Below are positions 1 to 13,230 of a DNA stretch of 64,000 nucleotides, piece by piece. Each line of letters starts with the position of its first letter. Within the stretch, counting starts at the first letter, position 1. The stretch is from NCBI GenBank assembly GCA_951406725.2, contig OX597828.1:2790001-2854000 (forward strand), read 5' to 3'. A program made the translations under genes and the position numbers. The stretch comes from Octopus vulgaris. Taxonomy: Eukaryota. The notes beneath the pieces are model-generated. The model had not been told where the DNA came from, searched no databases, and was given only the letters and a program-made list of their open reading frames with translations.

Positions 1-250
1 ATGAGATTATTTCAAGACCTTAAGAACCTATTTAAAGCTTTTTATCAAAGTGTAATGAATAAAAAAGACCACTGAAGTCTTACGTTCGGAAAATCCTTTA
101 GATTCATGAGATTCAATCTGTGTTCTACTTAGATGATTATTTGAATGAACCCAAAATTAGATTTTGGTTGAAAGTCACCTAAATACAGGCCTCAGTTTAC
201 TGACAAGGGACGAATAACACTTAGCTAATTGTTCAACTTCATTAATGCTG

Positions 251-283
<33 letters not shown>

Positions 284-589
284 AAACAATTTTTAGTTTT
301 TTTTTCTGTTTTTTCTAGTTTGAGACTTAAGTACTTTTACTACAGAAAACACTTGCAATACTTTGGTAGTGTTAGAACTAAAGTGGAGAAAATACTGTGA
401 TATTATGCAAAACATTATAATACTACATGGAAAGAGCATGTGCTCACTTCATAACTTCAATGTTAGTTCTGTCTTAAGTCATGGACACACTTGGCAGTTG
501 CTAAAGGGCCTCACAAGTTTAGGGGTTCGTTTGTAATCTATGTATGCCATGGTTTGCTGTAAATAGATAAATAATCCCAGGGGCTTATA

Positions 590-850
590 ATGCTTCTAAG
601 ACAGCCTTGTACAAAGTCTCAGGTTCAACTTTACCATGTTATGCAAATATCTTCTACTTTAGGTCAGCTTAAATTTTCTGAGGGAAATTGGATCAACAGA
701 AGACCCAGCCTTGTCAAACACTGTATCATGCTGATTTTTTCTTAGGAATTACATTAAGAGTACATGTACCTGTAGAATATTCAACCACTTGGATATTATT
801 TCAATGATTGAACAACTAAATGCCCATTGCCAAAGACAATACTGATCCAT
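590..850 (+). mobile_element. Old, decayed tRNA/CORE-type SINE (variant tail family; related copy at ~16560-16850)
   Basis: Degraded head (caggttcaac...gcaaatatcttctac) followed by tail cagccttgtcaaacactgtatcatgctg, similar to cagcctcgtcacacactgtgatgctc at 16747. Confidence 0.45.
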
Positions 851-978
851 TTTTTATTGCAATACCATTATAATACCTCCTGTTCGATTGTGGTTAGTAG
901 AAATGATAAAAATGTTGTCAAAGTCAAATGCAATCACTGCTGTATAAAGTTATCTCCCATGGCTTTAACAGCCTCAGT

Positions 979-1407
979 GGATCTTTTCGGTTTGAACAGC
1001 AGTTTTTTCTAGCATTGTCATAAGAAATTGTCACCCATAATTATGACCCTAGTATCGATCTATTGCATTTCAGTCTGTTTTAGGGTTTAGGGTTAGTCAG
1101 GGATAGGGGTGGGAGGAAGGGTATCTTTTTTTCTTCACAAATGTAAATAAACCCAATCTGTTTCTTAAACGAGGGACATTTTCATACAGCACAGAATATT
1201 TTTTAACTCAATGGACGTCATCGATTGGTTGAAATTGCAGAAATTGAAGAAAAAAAACCAGCAAATATCTTACAAACTATAGAATTTTCTCAATAAAGCC
1301 AAGAGAAAAAGATGTTTTATAAACACATTCTACCAGTATACGAGATTCAAAATTTTTTAGTTACCTAGAAATTATGTTAAAAACTGCCGTTCAAACCGAA
1401 AAGATCC
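979..1407. mobile_element. Non-autonomous DNA transposon (MITE), Merlin/IS1016-like
   Basis: ~29-bp TIRs ggatcttttcggtttgaacagcagttttt / aaaaactgccgttcaaaccgaaaagatcc; GG...CC ends; 8-bp TSD gcctcagt (971-978) / gcctcaat (1408-1415). Superfamily inferred from GG ends and 8-bp TSD. Confidence 0.85.
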
Positions 1408-2086
1408 GCCTCAATTACACATTAAAACAATAACAGTTCTTATGTATAATTCATGCCTAGATTCAAGTCACTGCACATTGATTTTATCATGAGTTGTCTT
1501 TGTAGTTTTAATGCCCACTTGCTTTTTTCACATTTGCCACTTGTGTCCTGGAGGGAGCCAAAACTTACATCAATTTCATGGTAAAATGTATTTCAGCATA
1601 ATCAATACTTTACACTTTTGGCATCCATATCAGGGTCATCGGTCAAAACCATTGTCTGCATTGCTTTGCTGCATAGAAACTTTCTGGTGCGCTCAAGAAT
1701 ATTTGTGGCTTCAGATCTTCCATATCATTTTTGAAGTTGAGGACTTTTCTTTAGTCTTGCTTCTTTAATGTGACCCCAAAAGGCAGCCTTGAATTCAATT
1801 GTTTTCTGTTGCAGGGTGAAGCATGATGTGAAATTCTTCTCAATTCACTATTCTGTTCACAGAAGCATTGACAAGTCTTTGCAACAGAAATGATAGCATC
1901 ACATTCACAAAGAGAGATTCTGTGAATGTTTTATTTGCTTTCATGACTTCAGAGTCTTTTCATCATTTTGTCGTAGCAACAACGTCAACATTCTGCTGGA
2001 GACTGAACTTGCCCAGCAACACCTTTACCACATTGCACTGCTATAACAAATAAAAAATGATAGCTATTACCTATCAATAATGTAAA

Positions 2087-2680
2087 TTCTTCTTCTTCAG
2101 CTGTCCATTGTAGGTCAACGTTGACCATTCTGTAATCATCTCTGGCAGGCTTGTATGTAGGCTCCAAGACCTGCTCTTTATCTACTGCAGGTGACACCTC
2201 TTATGTGCTCTTTCTTACTCTGACCTGTTGTAATTATGAACTTCAGTGACTAGTGCCATTTATCTCACTGCAGGGCCTTCTCCTCCCACGTATCTGGGGA
2301 AATGCCAAAGTTTTTCACATGCCTCTTCAGTACATGCCTGTTTCACAATCTCTGGCCACCACAACTTTGCCTGCCATGACACAGTTCAGCATTGAAAGCT
2401 GCCTTTGGTAACCTACTGTTCTCCATCTTGTAAACATGTCCCACCCAGTGCAGTTACAATGGGGTACTGAGGGCCTCCATACTAACTGCACAGCATGGTG
2501 CAGGACCTCTACATCAGAAATGTGATCCTGCCATCTGCTATGCAAGATTGAGCACAGATGATGAAGTTGGACTCATATCAGGGTCTTTGTATGCCTGTGG
2601 TAGAGGGCCATGCATCCATGGCATAGAGGAGGCAAGGGAACACTGTGGTACTGTACACCTTTATTCTCAATGTCAAGTGT
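2087..2680 (-). mobile_element. RTE-clade LINE 3' remnant with (GAA)n tail
   Basis: Frameshifted minus-strand peptides IKVYSTTVFPCLLYAMDAW, RWQDHISDVEVLH, LHWVGHVYKMENSRLPKAAF, ISPDTWEEKA match the RTE ORF C-terminus; ends ggacagctgaagaagaagaa. Confidence 0.85.
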
Positions 2681-2767
2681 GAAGGATGAATTTTGAGAAA
2701 GAGCGAGAACATGAGTTAGTATAATTAGTGACATAGCTGCTAATGCATGTAATATACCAATACTTTA

Positions 2768-2985
2768 AGATGGTCAGCTGGCAGAAGCATTAGCACACCA
2801 GGATGAAATGCTTAGTGGTATTTTGTGTGTCTTTATGTTCTGAGTTCAAATTCTGCTGAGGTTGACTTTGCCTTTTACCCTTTTGGGGTCGATAAATAAA
2901 GTACCAGTTGCGTACTGGGGTTGATGTAATTTGCTGGTCCCCTTTCCAAAAATTCCAGGCATTGTGCCTAGAGTAGAAAAGAATA
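2768..2985 (+). mobile_element. SINE family B (tRNA-like head, central ctttgcctttcatcc...ggggtcgataaa domain)
   Basis: agctggcagaa...ttctgagttcaaattc...gactttgcctttt...ggggtcgataaataaagtaccag; same family as 50127-50352. Confidence 0.85.
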
Positions 2986-5900
2986 TACCAATACTATGTT
3001 TGTATTGATAAAATCAGTTAAAATGGCACGAGCTTTCTTTAACTATCACTTGACTAGGCTGGGCTCAAGTCAGAATCAATGAAACTTTCTGCAAAGTGGG
3101 TTCTTATACTTATCTTTAACCTAAGAATTTTTCTATTTTATTTTTCTTTCACTTCTCTTTTCACCCTGGATTTACTGATTTGTTCAGTTATGGAGCTTTG
3201 TTCACTTTGAACAAGGTCAACTATTGCAAAATTATCATGTCACATGATCACATTCTCACGTGCTTATTGATCAATTTCAGACTTTGCACCACATTCTTGG
3301 ATGTAATTACTTTTGTTGAAACAGGATTCCATAGTTGGTGCTCATGAAGGCTTAAGAGCTTGACTTAGAATCTTTTTTATTGATAATAGCTTGTAAGTGA
3401 ATATAAGCAAACTGATTATGAACCTCAGTATGGTTATCTTATTTTTAAAAAAAAATAATGACTTTGATTAGTTTCAGCAACAGGATTTTCAGTTGTTTTA
3501 TACTCTACGTGAGACTTAATCACATATGAGTCTAATTAGGACTGTATACAACATCTTTCATTGCATACAAGACATAACAAGTGAGATGGAACCAGATTGA
3601 TTTGATTGGGTAGTGCAGTTTAATTAAAATTGTTGTTTGGTGTCAAAGGAGCAGTCTGTTATGAAGATCCTGTCAAGAGAGGTTGAATGAATTTAAGACA
3701 ATATTTGGAAGAGCTATAAAGATGATATAGATAGTAAATTAACTTAACTGGGTGTTTTAATTAGTAACTGACTTATTTCTGAGTTTAAATCCTTCTTGAA
3801 TCGTCTGTTTTCCATTCCATTGTTGCTGCTGATTGCTTGTCACTTGAGTAGCAGGGAAATGGAGATATATTTTGTTGGTTGCATGAATAATAACTGAAGC
3901 AAACTTGCGAACATTTAATTGAAATATTTATAGACAGGCATAAAGATATTTGGTGTTAACTATTTACAATGAACAATATTAATAATTTCTTACTGGGAAA
4001 GACAGAAAAACTGCACCACATCTGTAAAAGTTGCATATGAGACATTGTATGAATGATCAGGATGGGTTTGTCCAAGAACCTGGAGTTGTCTACACAAATG
4101 TCCAGAAGTGTCAGTGTGGCAAGAGTAGAGGCACATGTCACTCAGTTACCGTCAACATTCTGTAATCAATTAAGCACCAAATTGTCTTTTATAGTAGACC
4201 AGAAGCCAAATTCTAAAAAGTTCAAGAAAACCATATCATACCACAGCCTCATGCTGACTGGTTGATTAATAGGCTGATCGCATGAAACTATGGTGGTTTG
4301 CTCAGGTTTTGAATCACTGCTGTACCACTAAAGTTGATGAAAAAAGCATCAGTAATATATCAAATAAATTAAATATCAATTTTAACTTTGAATTTTATCA
4401 AAAGTAATTAAAAAATTAATATTTCATTTATTATCTTATTTGGATCAACTTTATCATACTTCTGTTGTTGATAAAATATGTATCAGTAATATGCTAAGGT
4501 AATTTAGTTAATTAACTTTAGCTCTTCCTTTCACAACAAAACCTAAGAATCAAATTTGATATCATTTAAGCACTTGATATTATAATTACAGAGATCTGTA
4601 AAAGATAAATCCATTACCTCAAAATGGTAGTTATAAATGTGCAGGTATGCTCTTTGCAGTTCATATATTGTTTGAATTGTCTTTGCAAATATATGACTAA
4701 AATAAGCTGTGAACTAAGTCTATGAGCTGATTTTTGACGATCAGCTGTAGTCATTGTGCTTCATTTATCCTGATAATTTTTGTTAGGGGCAAGCATAAAT
4801 ATTTCAATATTCTACTTCTGTCACGTACATGTTTATAAATTTTTGTTTAAATTTCAAACCAATCTTTTGTTTTGAGTAGGAATGGTGAGTAGAAGCAAGC
4901 TTATTGCAAGTTGAATCCACAATCCTGTTTTGATTCCTGGTTCTGTCTGTTTCATTTATATTTGTGTTGTGAATATCCAAGAGAAAAGTATGAATATCAC
5001 AACATCCTATCGCCCTCCAACTATAAATTTATATCAGTTGAAGAAACAAATATTTTGCCTGAAATATCAAACACATAAAATTAAAAGAAAAATTAGGGAG
5101 TAAGAGAAATACCAGGGTTTAAATATTTAATTGGACTATCATCTGACAATAATTTGTAAGAATGTGTATACAATAAATGAGATTCAGATAAATACTGAGA
5201 CCTACATATTAGGAAGGGCCCTGCCAACGAAAAGAAATTATTGCAACACTGAATAATGTTAGAAGCAATTAAAAGCTTGTCTGAAGTAATGATTTCTGGT
5301 GATCCATAAAAAAGCATATTTTACAAAGAAATGTCACAAATTTAACCCAAATGAAAATGAGTGGGAGGTTTAAGGAGTGGATTTTGTAGTGAATAACTTG
5401 ATATGTAGGAAGTACACATAAACAATGAAGGTTTGGGTGTTATGACTGGATGTTAATTTAGTATGGTCAATTGTCTCTAAGTACATTGAGTGTAATGCAC
5501 CATATTCTCTTCAACTGAGAAAGATTATACAATAGAAGCCCTTCTCCTCTACCTTACAGATAGTCTGTCTAAATACAACGATAATAATACAAGCAACGTA
5601 CATGTTACTCTTACCAAGTCACTATAAAACTACACTCTGCTCATCTTTTTTATGTGGTCACTGCAATAGAAATGATCATTGATAAAGGGTTGCCCATTTT
5701 GAGGTGAAAACACAATAAAATAAAACAAATAAATGGTTGTAATTGTTTACTTGTAAGTTTGCCAAGGTTTTATTGTTTCCATTTGCAGCCTTGCAGAGTT
5801 GGCTAATATGTGTGTTTGTGTTTGGAGTTATATATCTGTATGTGTGTGTGTTTGTGTGAGGGGGTTACATGTTTCTATGTGTGTGTAAAAAGGCTTGGTT

Positions 5901-6225
5901 ATGTATGTGTTAGTAAGATGATGTTTGGTTGGTTAGTGCAATGATTAAATTCTCAGCAGATTATGCAGCCGGAGTGAGTTTTACAGGAATGATGCCACAC
6001 ATACATACATAGACAGACGCACTGATAACTTGACTTCAACTTCTGGCAACTATCACAACAGTAACTGATACCATTGTTAGAACATTGCAGTCCGTTGTAT
6101 TGTTTGGTTTTGCTCCGTTTGGTTCTGAGTTCAGATGAAGCCAAATTGACCTGTTAGAAAAGTACCAGTAATATATCAACTCAGTTAAATCAATTATAAA
6201 TGCTTTCCTACAAAAATTGGCTATA

Positions 6226-6630
6226 GGCACAGGAGTGGCTGTGTGGTAAGTAGCTTGCTTACGAACATCATGGTTCTGGGTTCAGTCCCACTGCATGGCA
6301 CCTTGGGCAAGTGTCTTCTACTATAGCCTCGGGCTGACCAAAGCCTTGTGAGTGGATTTGGTAGATGGAAACTGAAAGAAGCCCGTCATATATATGTATA
6401 TATATATATATGTATGTGTGTGTATGTTTGTGTATCTGTGTTTGTCCCCCCAACATCGCTTGACAACCGATGATGGTATGTTTACATCGCTGTAACTTAG
6501 CAGTTCGGCAAAAGAGACCGATAGAATATGTACTTACAAAGAATAAGTCCTGGGGTCGATTTGCTCAACTAAAGGTGGTGCTCCAGCATGCCACAGTCAA
6601 ATGATTGATACAAGTAAAAGAGTAAAAGAG
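6226..6630 (+). mobile_element. SINE family A, full length (tRNA-derived CORE-type SINE, octopus OR-like)
   Basis: A-box-like gtggctgtgtggtaag, B-box-like ggttcagtccc, CORE-like ccttgggcaagtg, internal TA/TG microsatellite, tail gactgaaacaagtaaaagag; about 20 copies in the window. Confidence 0.9.
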
Positions 6631-7069
6631 ATGTACTTAGTATGTAGAACAAGTAGAAAGATATATTTCTATATATGCTGATAGAACAGTATGTATAGGA
6701 TAAAATCCTTTAAGAGCAGAAAAATTTGTCAGCAGGCTGGTTGCTGACAAGTTTTCCTACACTTATGTTGTTCCTTATGTTAAGTTTTTAGTTGTTGTAC
6801 ATAGAATGCCATTATGAGGAGTGTCCCTGGTTTGGGTTTCTACAAGTACTTGAAGGGTAGAATTTGTCTTAATTGTAAACTTTCCAATCCTAGTCTGGTA
6901 CATCACCTGGGATTATGGGCCTTGTTTGCCCACATGACAACTGATGTGGTATGGTAATTTATTTACATGGTTAGCATTGTTGTGTCTTGCTGTTAGAGCC
7001 CTGTTGTTGCAAAACCTGTGTTGCCCAGTCTACACCATATGAAGGAGGGGCTAAACATGTATGAACTTT

Positions 7070-7102
7070 GCTGTTATTGTTGTTATTATTATTATTAATA
7101 TT

Positions 7103-7166
<64 letters not shown>
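7070..7166. repeat. (ATT)n microsatellite
   Basis: Direct trinucleotide run. Confidence 0.95.
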
Positions 7167-7167
<1 letters not shown>

Positions 7168-7169
7168 AC

Positions 7170-7532
7170 TGTTCAACATTTAATAGGTTGAGGCAAATTT
7201 CTACTGCTACACCTCTGTGTTGCTGGGGTGTATACAGCATTATGTGTTCTTTTCTGCTGGTGGGTGTGTGCAAGCTTTTCCCAGTACTATATTGTGTTAG
7301 TTTTTTTCTCTTGAGGTGTGATGCAGTCTTTTATTTTGTTACTGTTTCTATTGTGTGTTGAGTGTGTAATGCATTGGTTAACTTGATTGCTGGTGGAAGT
7401 TTATTTCACTGGGTAATTGTTGTATAGAGTGTGTCTTGTGTTTATGGGTTGTTTTGTTTAGGATGTATTATTGGATTGATAGTGTCTTGCATAGGATGTG
7501 GGCTGTTCCTAATAGGGCTATTTTTCTGGATA
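7170..7532 (-). mobile_element. R4/Dong non-LTR 3' end (ORF tail plus 3'UTR) between (TAA)n tracts
   Basis: Minus-strand QK(I)ALLGTAHIL(C)KTLSIQ*, typical of the R4/Dong ORF end; flanked by (TAA)n, the known Dong target. Confidence 0.7.
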
Positions 7533-7571
7533 TTAATATTATTGTTGTTGTTGTTATTGTTATTATTATCA

Positions 7572-7631
<60 letters not shown>
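7533..7631. repeat. (ATT/GTT)n microsatellite
   Basis: Direct trinucleotide run. Confidence 0.95.
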
Positions 7632-7633
<2 letters not shown>

Positions 7634-7669
7634 CAAAAGCTATATGTGTTAATTTAATTGGCAGAAGTT

Positions 7670-8150
7670 TTATCCTGAGTCACTCCAAATCTCAAGAATC
7701 CCTCTTAGAATTCTTACAAAATACATAATGGCTTTTTCTCTAGGTCAGCAATACATGTCTCAGTTCTACTCACCCCTTATATAGCAGTTTAAATATTGTA
7801 CCTTGTGCACCAGTTATCACAGAAATAATTTTCTCCCACAATCTCTTCAGCCCACTGGCTATGTCCTTGATTTACACTCTACTGTCATAAAGGATTGCAA
7901 AGTCAATCCACAACCATTATCTGTTCTAGTTTCTGTAGTATAATGATCTCTGATGTGAAATCCCATAAAATCCTTTATCATTTATCGAGACAGCCTTGGG
8001 CTCATATTCATACCACTTTTCCATCACTTCAAATTCACAGACTTGGCTGGTATCCCTATGGATTCTTTTGCCAACTGAATCATGCCTATATTTATACTCT
8101 TTTTGAGCAACTGTGCTACTCCCACTTAAAATACTTTCATCCCCTTTTCC
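7670..8150 (-). mobile_element. R4/Dong non-LTR remnant, restriction-like endonuclease region
   Basis: ILSGSSTVAQKEYKYRHDSVGKRIH...EKWYEYEPKAV...WIDFAILYDSRV...VITGAQGT (RHD motif, RLE region), with stops and frameshifts. Confidence 0.85.
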
Positions 8151-8469
8151 ACATATTCTGTATTTGCTATCTGTGTGTGCATGTGTGTGTGTGCACATTC
8201 CACTTTCACCTCTATGGTACTCTCTAGCCCCCTCCCCTTCATTTTCACTCTCTGTTCTATCCCTTACAGTTTCTGTACCCTCTAATCAACTTCCCATCCT
8301 TCATTCTCTAGTTCATCCCCATGACACACCATACTTGTATTTCTTATCCATATTCTCACCAACCTCAAATCTTTCTCTCATTTCCCTTTCCCCATCCATG
8401 CCTTCCTTCCATATTCACCTTTATAAAGTGGGACAGCACTGGTTCCTCTACACCCTTACTATTCTCCTG

Positions 8470-8471
<2 letters not shown>

Positions 8472-8530
<59 letters not shown>
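8472..8530. repeat. (CT)n microsatellite
   Basis: Direct dinucleotide run. Confidence 0.95.
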
Positions 8531-8535
<5 letters not shown>

Positions 8536-8544
8536 CGCTCATAA

Positions 8545-8722
8545 GTTGCAAGGTGACCTTGCTAGTACTGGCACTGTGAAAAAATTACCCCATACATTCT
8601 GTAAAATGGTTGGCATTAGGAAGGGCATCCAGCCCAAGAAACCACACCATTACTGAGACATTAGAGCTCAACACAATACTCTTTTCTTACTGGCATAGAA
8701 AGTGGATGTAAAATGATGATTT
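8545..8722 (+). mobile_element. SINE-like family C (RTE-type tail)
   Basis: ggttggcattaggaagggcatccagcc ... tggcatagaaagtggatgtaaaatgatgat. Confidence 0.65.
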
Positions 8723-8825
8723 ACTTGTATGTATGTATGTATGTATGTTTGAATGTATGTATGTATGTATGTATGTATGTATGTATGTATGTATGTATGT
8801 TTGTATGTATGTATGTATGTATGTA

Positions 8826-9255
8826 TGCTTGGTGAGGAGGGTGTTTATTGGACACCCTGTGGGATGAAAAACAAAACCCGTCAAAGGGCCGAGGAACTCT
8901 TGAGAGTCAACGGCCATCCAATAAATGTCTTAAGGCTGTATCATGCGCGGGGACATAGAAATAATTGGACTGAATACCCGATCATGCGGTTAAACCATTG
9001 GGAGTAAGGACTCCTAGCCTTTGTTAGGGCATCTTTCTAGGAGAAGGTAGCTCGGGTAACTGGGATAACTCTGACATAAAACCTGCGGCTCAGTGGTTAC
9101 CGATGATGTTGACTTGTTCTTCTTTTCGGATTATGGCTGCTGTTGCTTAGTGAGTGGGATTGACTCAGTGCACAGCATTTCCTCACTTTACAAAAAATCT
9201 TGCACAGGCATTGCTTTGAGCAATGGCCATACTTGATAACGAGGGGGCAGCCACC
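8826..9255 (+). mobile_element. RTE-like 5'UTR-derived non-coding element inserted in (TATG)n
   Basis: GC/CpG-richer block containing gggcatctttctaggagaagg...aactctgacataaaacc, resembling RTE 5'UTRs; TATG repeats on both sides (8727-8827 and 9256-9272). Confidence 0.5.
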
Positions 9256-9299
9256 ATGTATTTGTGTATGTATCTATCTATCTATCTCTCTATCTATCA

Positions 9300-9545
9300 A
9301 AAAGAATGAAAGGTCCTTCTTGAGCCCTAGGCTCATAAGGCCAGTTTCCCAGATTCTGTAGCAATGTATATTCCCACCACCCCTGTGATGAGACACCAGT
9401 CCATCACAGGATTATTCAGTTTTGTTAGCTGTAGCAATATGAAATGACATATTTTATTCAAGAACACAATGCATCACCCAGTCCAGGAATTGAAACCACA
9501 ATCTTATGGTTGGGTGCAACTGCCTAACCACTAAGTCACATGGTT
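9300..9545 (-). mobile_element. tRNA-derived SINE (family D-like), decayed
   Basis: Reverse complement reads gtgacttagtggttaggcag...ggtttcaattcctggac...gtgttcttgaa (A/B boxes, CORE-like). Confidence 0.6.
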
Positions 9546-10055
9546 CCACATACATGTATGTATGCGTGAATGTATAGACACATGTGTACACACACACACA
9601 CACATAGAAACAAGCCGCTAGACACAACAAATGGATAGAAGCTCTCACACCCATGTCTTCTCTTTTTAGTATAATGCTTGCTCATGTTTTTTTTTCTTAA
9701 ACTTAAATATTTTCTCTACGTTTCATTGATATCTGACACAAAAGTGTGGTGGGGAGGAGAGGGAGACAGTGAGAGGTATTTAGTTTCATACAATTATTAG
9801 ATTAGTAACCTGATTTTAGTATGAAAGAAATATCTTTGGAATTTATTAACAAGTAATCATGTGTGATAGTTCTATGAAGAAGAAATAAAATGTACATTTA
9901 TATCGTCATCATTATTTTACATCCATTTATCCCTGTTTGCATGTGTTGTATTAGTCTTTACCAACATAGTGTTGTAATGCTTATCGCACTCCCTTGTCAT
10001 ATGCATACACACATGCACACACATGCACACACACACACAAACACACACACAAACA

Positions 10056-10463
10056 CACAGGTATGACTGTGTAAATAGAAGTCTGCTTCCCAACTACATG
10101 GTTCCAGGTTCAGTCCCATTGCATGGCACTTTGGGCAAGTGTTTTCTATGATAGCCTTGGGCCGAGCAAAGCCTTGTTAGTGTATTTGATAGACGGAAAC
10201 TGAAAGAAGCCCATCATGTGTGCGTGTGTGTATGTGTGTGTGTGTGTCTTTTTGTCTGTCTGTTCCTCCTCCACAGCTTGGCAACCAGTGCTAGAGTGTT
10301 CACATCCCAATAACTTAGTGGTTCAGCAAAAGAAACTGATACACTAAGTACCAGGCTTTAGAAAAAAAATAAGCACTGAGGTTGGTTCATTCAACTAAGA
10401 AAAATTCTTCAAGGCAGTGCCCCAGCCTGGCCACAGTCTAATGACTGAAACAAGTAAGATAAG
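10056..10463 (+). mobile_element. SINE family A
   Basis: Colinear with 6226-6630. Confidence 0.85.
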
Positions 10464-10681
10464 ACACATTCATACATTAATCAACCTTGGAGTTCTAGTT
10501 TTATTTCTTTTTCTTTTTATAAATTGGTTATCTGATTAAAAATGTTAACCTTGTGTTGATTTCATTTTTATCATTTGTTTTAGATTTGTTTGGGTATAAC
10601 TTCAACCTGTTCTTATATTTTGAAAGCTTAATCTGAAGAAAATGCTTTGTGGATATAAATTTATTGAATTTATAACTTCAT

Positions 10682-11040
10682 TGGTGCATGGCTGTATGTT
10701 TAGATGCTTCTTTCCCAACCACATGGTTCTGGGCCAAGTGTCTTCTGCTATAGCCTTGAGTGGATTTGGTAGGCGGAAACTGAAACAAGCCCACCATGTG
10801 TGTGTGTGTGTGTGTGTGTGTGTCTTTATGTCTGTATTTGTACCCCACCACTTCCTGACAACAGTGTTGATGTGTTTACTTCCCTGTAACTTAGCAGTTT
10901 GGTAAAAGAGACCAATATATTAAGTACCAGGCTTAAAAAGAAAACAAGTACTGGGGTCAATTAACAAGACTAAAATTCCTCAAGGTGTTGCCCCAGCATG
11001 GCCACAGTCTAATGACTGAAACAAGTGAAAGATAAAAGAT
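10682..11040 (+). mobile_element. SINE family A (internally deleted)
   Basis: Colinear with 6226-6630. Confidence 0.85.
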
Positions 11041-11497
11041 TGAAACAATCATAATGAAGAGCTAGAAACAGGAGTAGTTTGCTGTTATCATCTCAATTCG
11101 ATACATGCTTGCATCCAACTAATCCAGATGGGTTAGACCAGACTACTCGAGACAGTATTCTGTGGTCAGATGGCCTTACAGGTGCCAATTCTTACTTATT
11201 TTTAAGTGTGTGTGTGTGTGTACATATGCAAGTGCAAACATAAATATCCCAGTGGTTCAAATAACAAAACTACCCACTTTATTGAATTATAGTGTAAACA
11301 GTGTGGTGTTCTGCAGATGCCTGTACTCTAAATGTAACGTGCAGGCAAAATCAGCATGACACTGTGTATGAGAAGACAGTTGCTCAACTCGGTTACATCT
11401 GCAGATATAAATATATATGTATGTGCTTATATGTATTATCTCTCTCTATATATATATATGGAATAAGCAAGACAAGAGGAGACATGTGGGATAAAGA

Positions 11498-11540
11498 GTC
11501 GCTGAAGAGGTCACAGGATGTGTGATGAAAGAGCCTTGAC
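11498..11540 (+). ncRNA. Degenerate minimal type-I hammerhead ribozyme candidate
   Basis: gtcg-CTGAAGA-g-gtcaca/tgtgat-GAAA-gagcct-tgac; core boxes present but stem II register and the NUH site are imperfect. Confidence 0.3.
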
Positions 11541-13019
11541 AAAGACACTAAAATAATAATAATAATAAAAGTGAAGTGAAGACCAATCGTATAGCATGGG
11601 TGTTTAATTGGCAATTTATGACAACACACATAGACACACACACACACAAACAAACAGAGCCCTTTATTGAAATTGAGGAGTTGCTTGATAAGGAGAAAAC
11701 TAGCATTTGTTGTGCTGTAAAATTATTCTTCCATGTTGCCAAGTCCCTGACCGACAGCCAAAGGCTATTTACTGTTAGAAATGGTGTCAAAAACCTTTGC
11801 GCTCTTAATTCCAGATTCAGAATGAGGCCTGATGTTTTTCCTATCATTAACATAGTATTTTTTGTACTATGTAAATAACATTTTCCATCTGCTACTACCC
11901 CCTTCCACATAGCTGTATAATTCATTTATTTTTTTCTATTTTCATAGTGAAGACCACTGATGTTATTATTTACTATTCAGCATTATAGCTTTGAAGGAAA
12001 GTTTGAATTTTGCTAAAGTGTTAGTATTCTGTATTGTGTTTATGAAAATGATATTTACTGTGTTCTGAATTCAAGCATAAAGTGAGGGTTCAAATTATGT
12101 TAAAGTTAATTATTCTGTATTATTATTTTGTTTTGTTTTTTCCCCTACCATCTCTAGACACATTTCTTTGATATATCTATGTCTCATCCATACAGTTCAT
12201 GAACAATATATATATAAGTGAAGTTAGATGAATGTTCAGTTGTTCAAAGTTATGTGGAAACCATAGATGTACAGAACAAATGACAGAGAAGCAAACTTAT
12301 GTCCACCAAGCAGGATGCATTCAGTGACATAACAATATATTATCTTCTGTATTAGCCTTCAATGTTAAGACTTTGAAGTGATCAGTGTACCTACAAATAA
12401 AGAGAATGTAATGACACTTCTTATGTAAATCATAGGGCTAAGTCTTGCTGACTGAGTGCAATATGCTTTGCTGTGGAGGCCTAATAAATCTAATTTTCCA
12501 AAACTTTTGGTTAGCTGATATTATTATCACCCTTGATTGATTTTAGATTTTAAACACAGGGAGATTTTCTCTACTAATTGCATGGATAATCTCAGTCAAG
12601 GTCTTTTTAAATCACTATATTATGTGTGTGAGACTCTAACAGTGCATATTCGATATGTAGAACACTCTTTACAATACTTTACTCTCCCTTCAGCCTTATC
12701 TGTAATGTTCATAATCAGTGTCACTACACTGTCCGTATTTATATAATATGTCTTGCTAATTGAACAGAGCATATTACATACAATAGGAACAAGCCCATTG
12801 CTTTTATCAGTTGGCCTGAAGACAAGGTCCACTCTCACCTGCATTGGCTTTATATTCCAAATGTTTCAATTAGTTGATGTTATTAGAGTTATCACACTTG
12901 CTGATTTTGATTTTAAACAACCTCAGGAGGGAGCCTTTGTCTTCTAATTACTTGGACAATCTCAGTTAATCCAAGTTTTGAACTTACTTTTTGAACACAT
13001 GTAAGACTCTACTGTATAT

Positions 13020-13230
13020 GTAGTATAAAGACAAGATAGCCATGGCTGGAATATTGGTTAAACAATAGAAAATTTGACACCAATGAGATGGATCAAACGG
13101 TCTTAGATAAAAGATACATAGGAAATTGTAGCACTTAAGGTGTAAAAAGAAGGACAGTCAGGGCAAAAAAGCCTTTGATCATAGGTCTACTTAATCATGG
13201 CTGACTTAGGGCAAAAGAATAACATATCAC
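13020..13230 (-). mobile_element. Unclassified dispersed repeat family E (also ~18610-18760, 24020-24460, 26380-26570, 28385-28450, 34120-34185, 44665-44845, 53505-53675, 55030-55115, 63000-63210)
   Basis: Recurring motifs gcctttgatcataggtct..., gacctggggctaaa, and ggctgctatttctagca / tagaaatagcagc. Confidence 0.65.

Noticed and set aside
11548-11925. Overlapping 100-125 aa ORFs on both strands
   Set aside because: No recognisable domain; they include a microsatellite; no convincing splice sites
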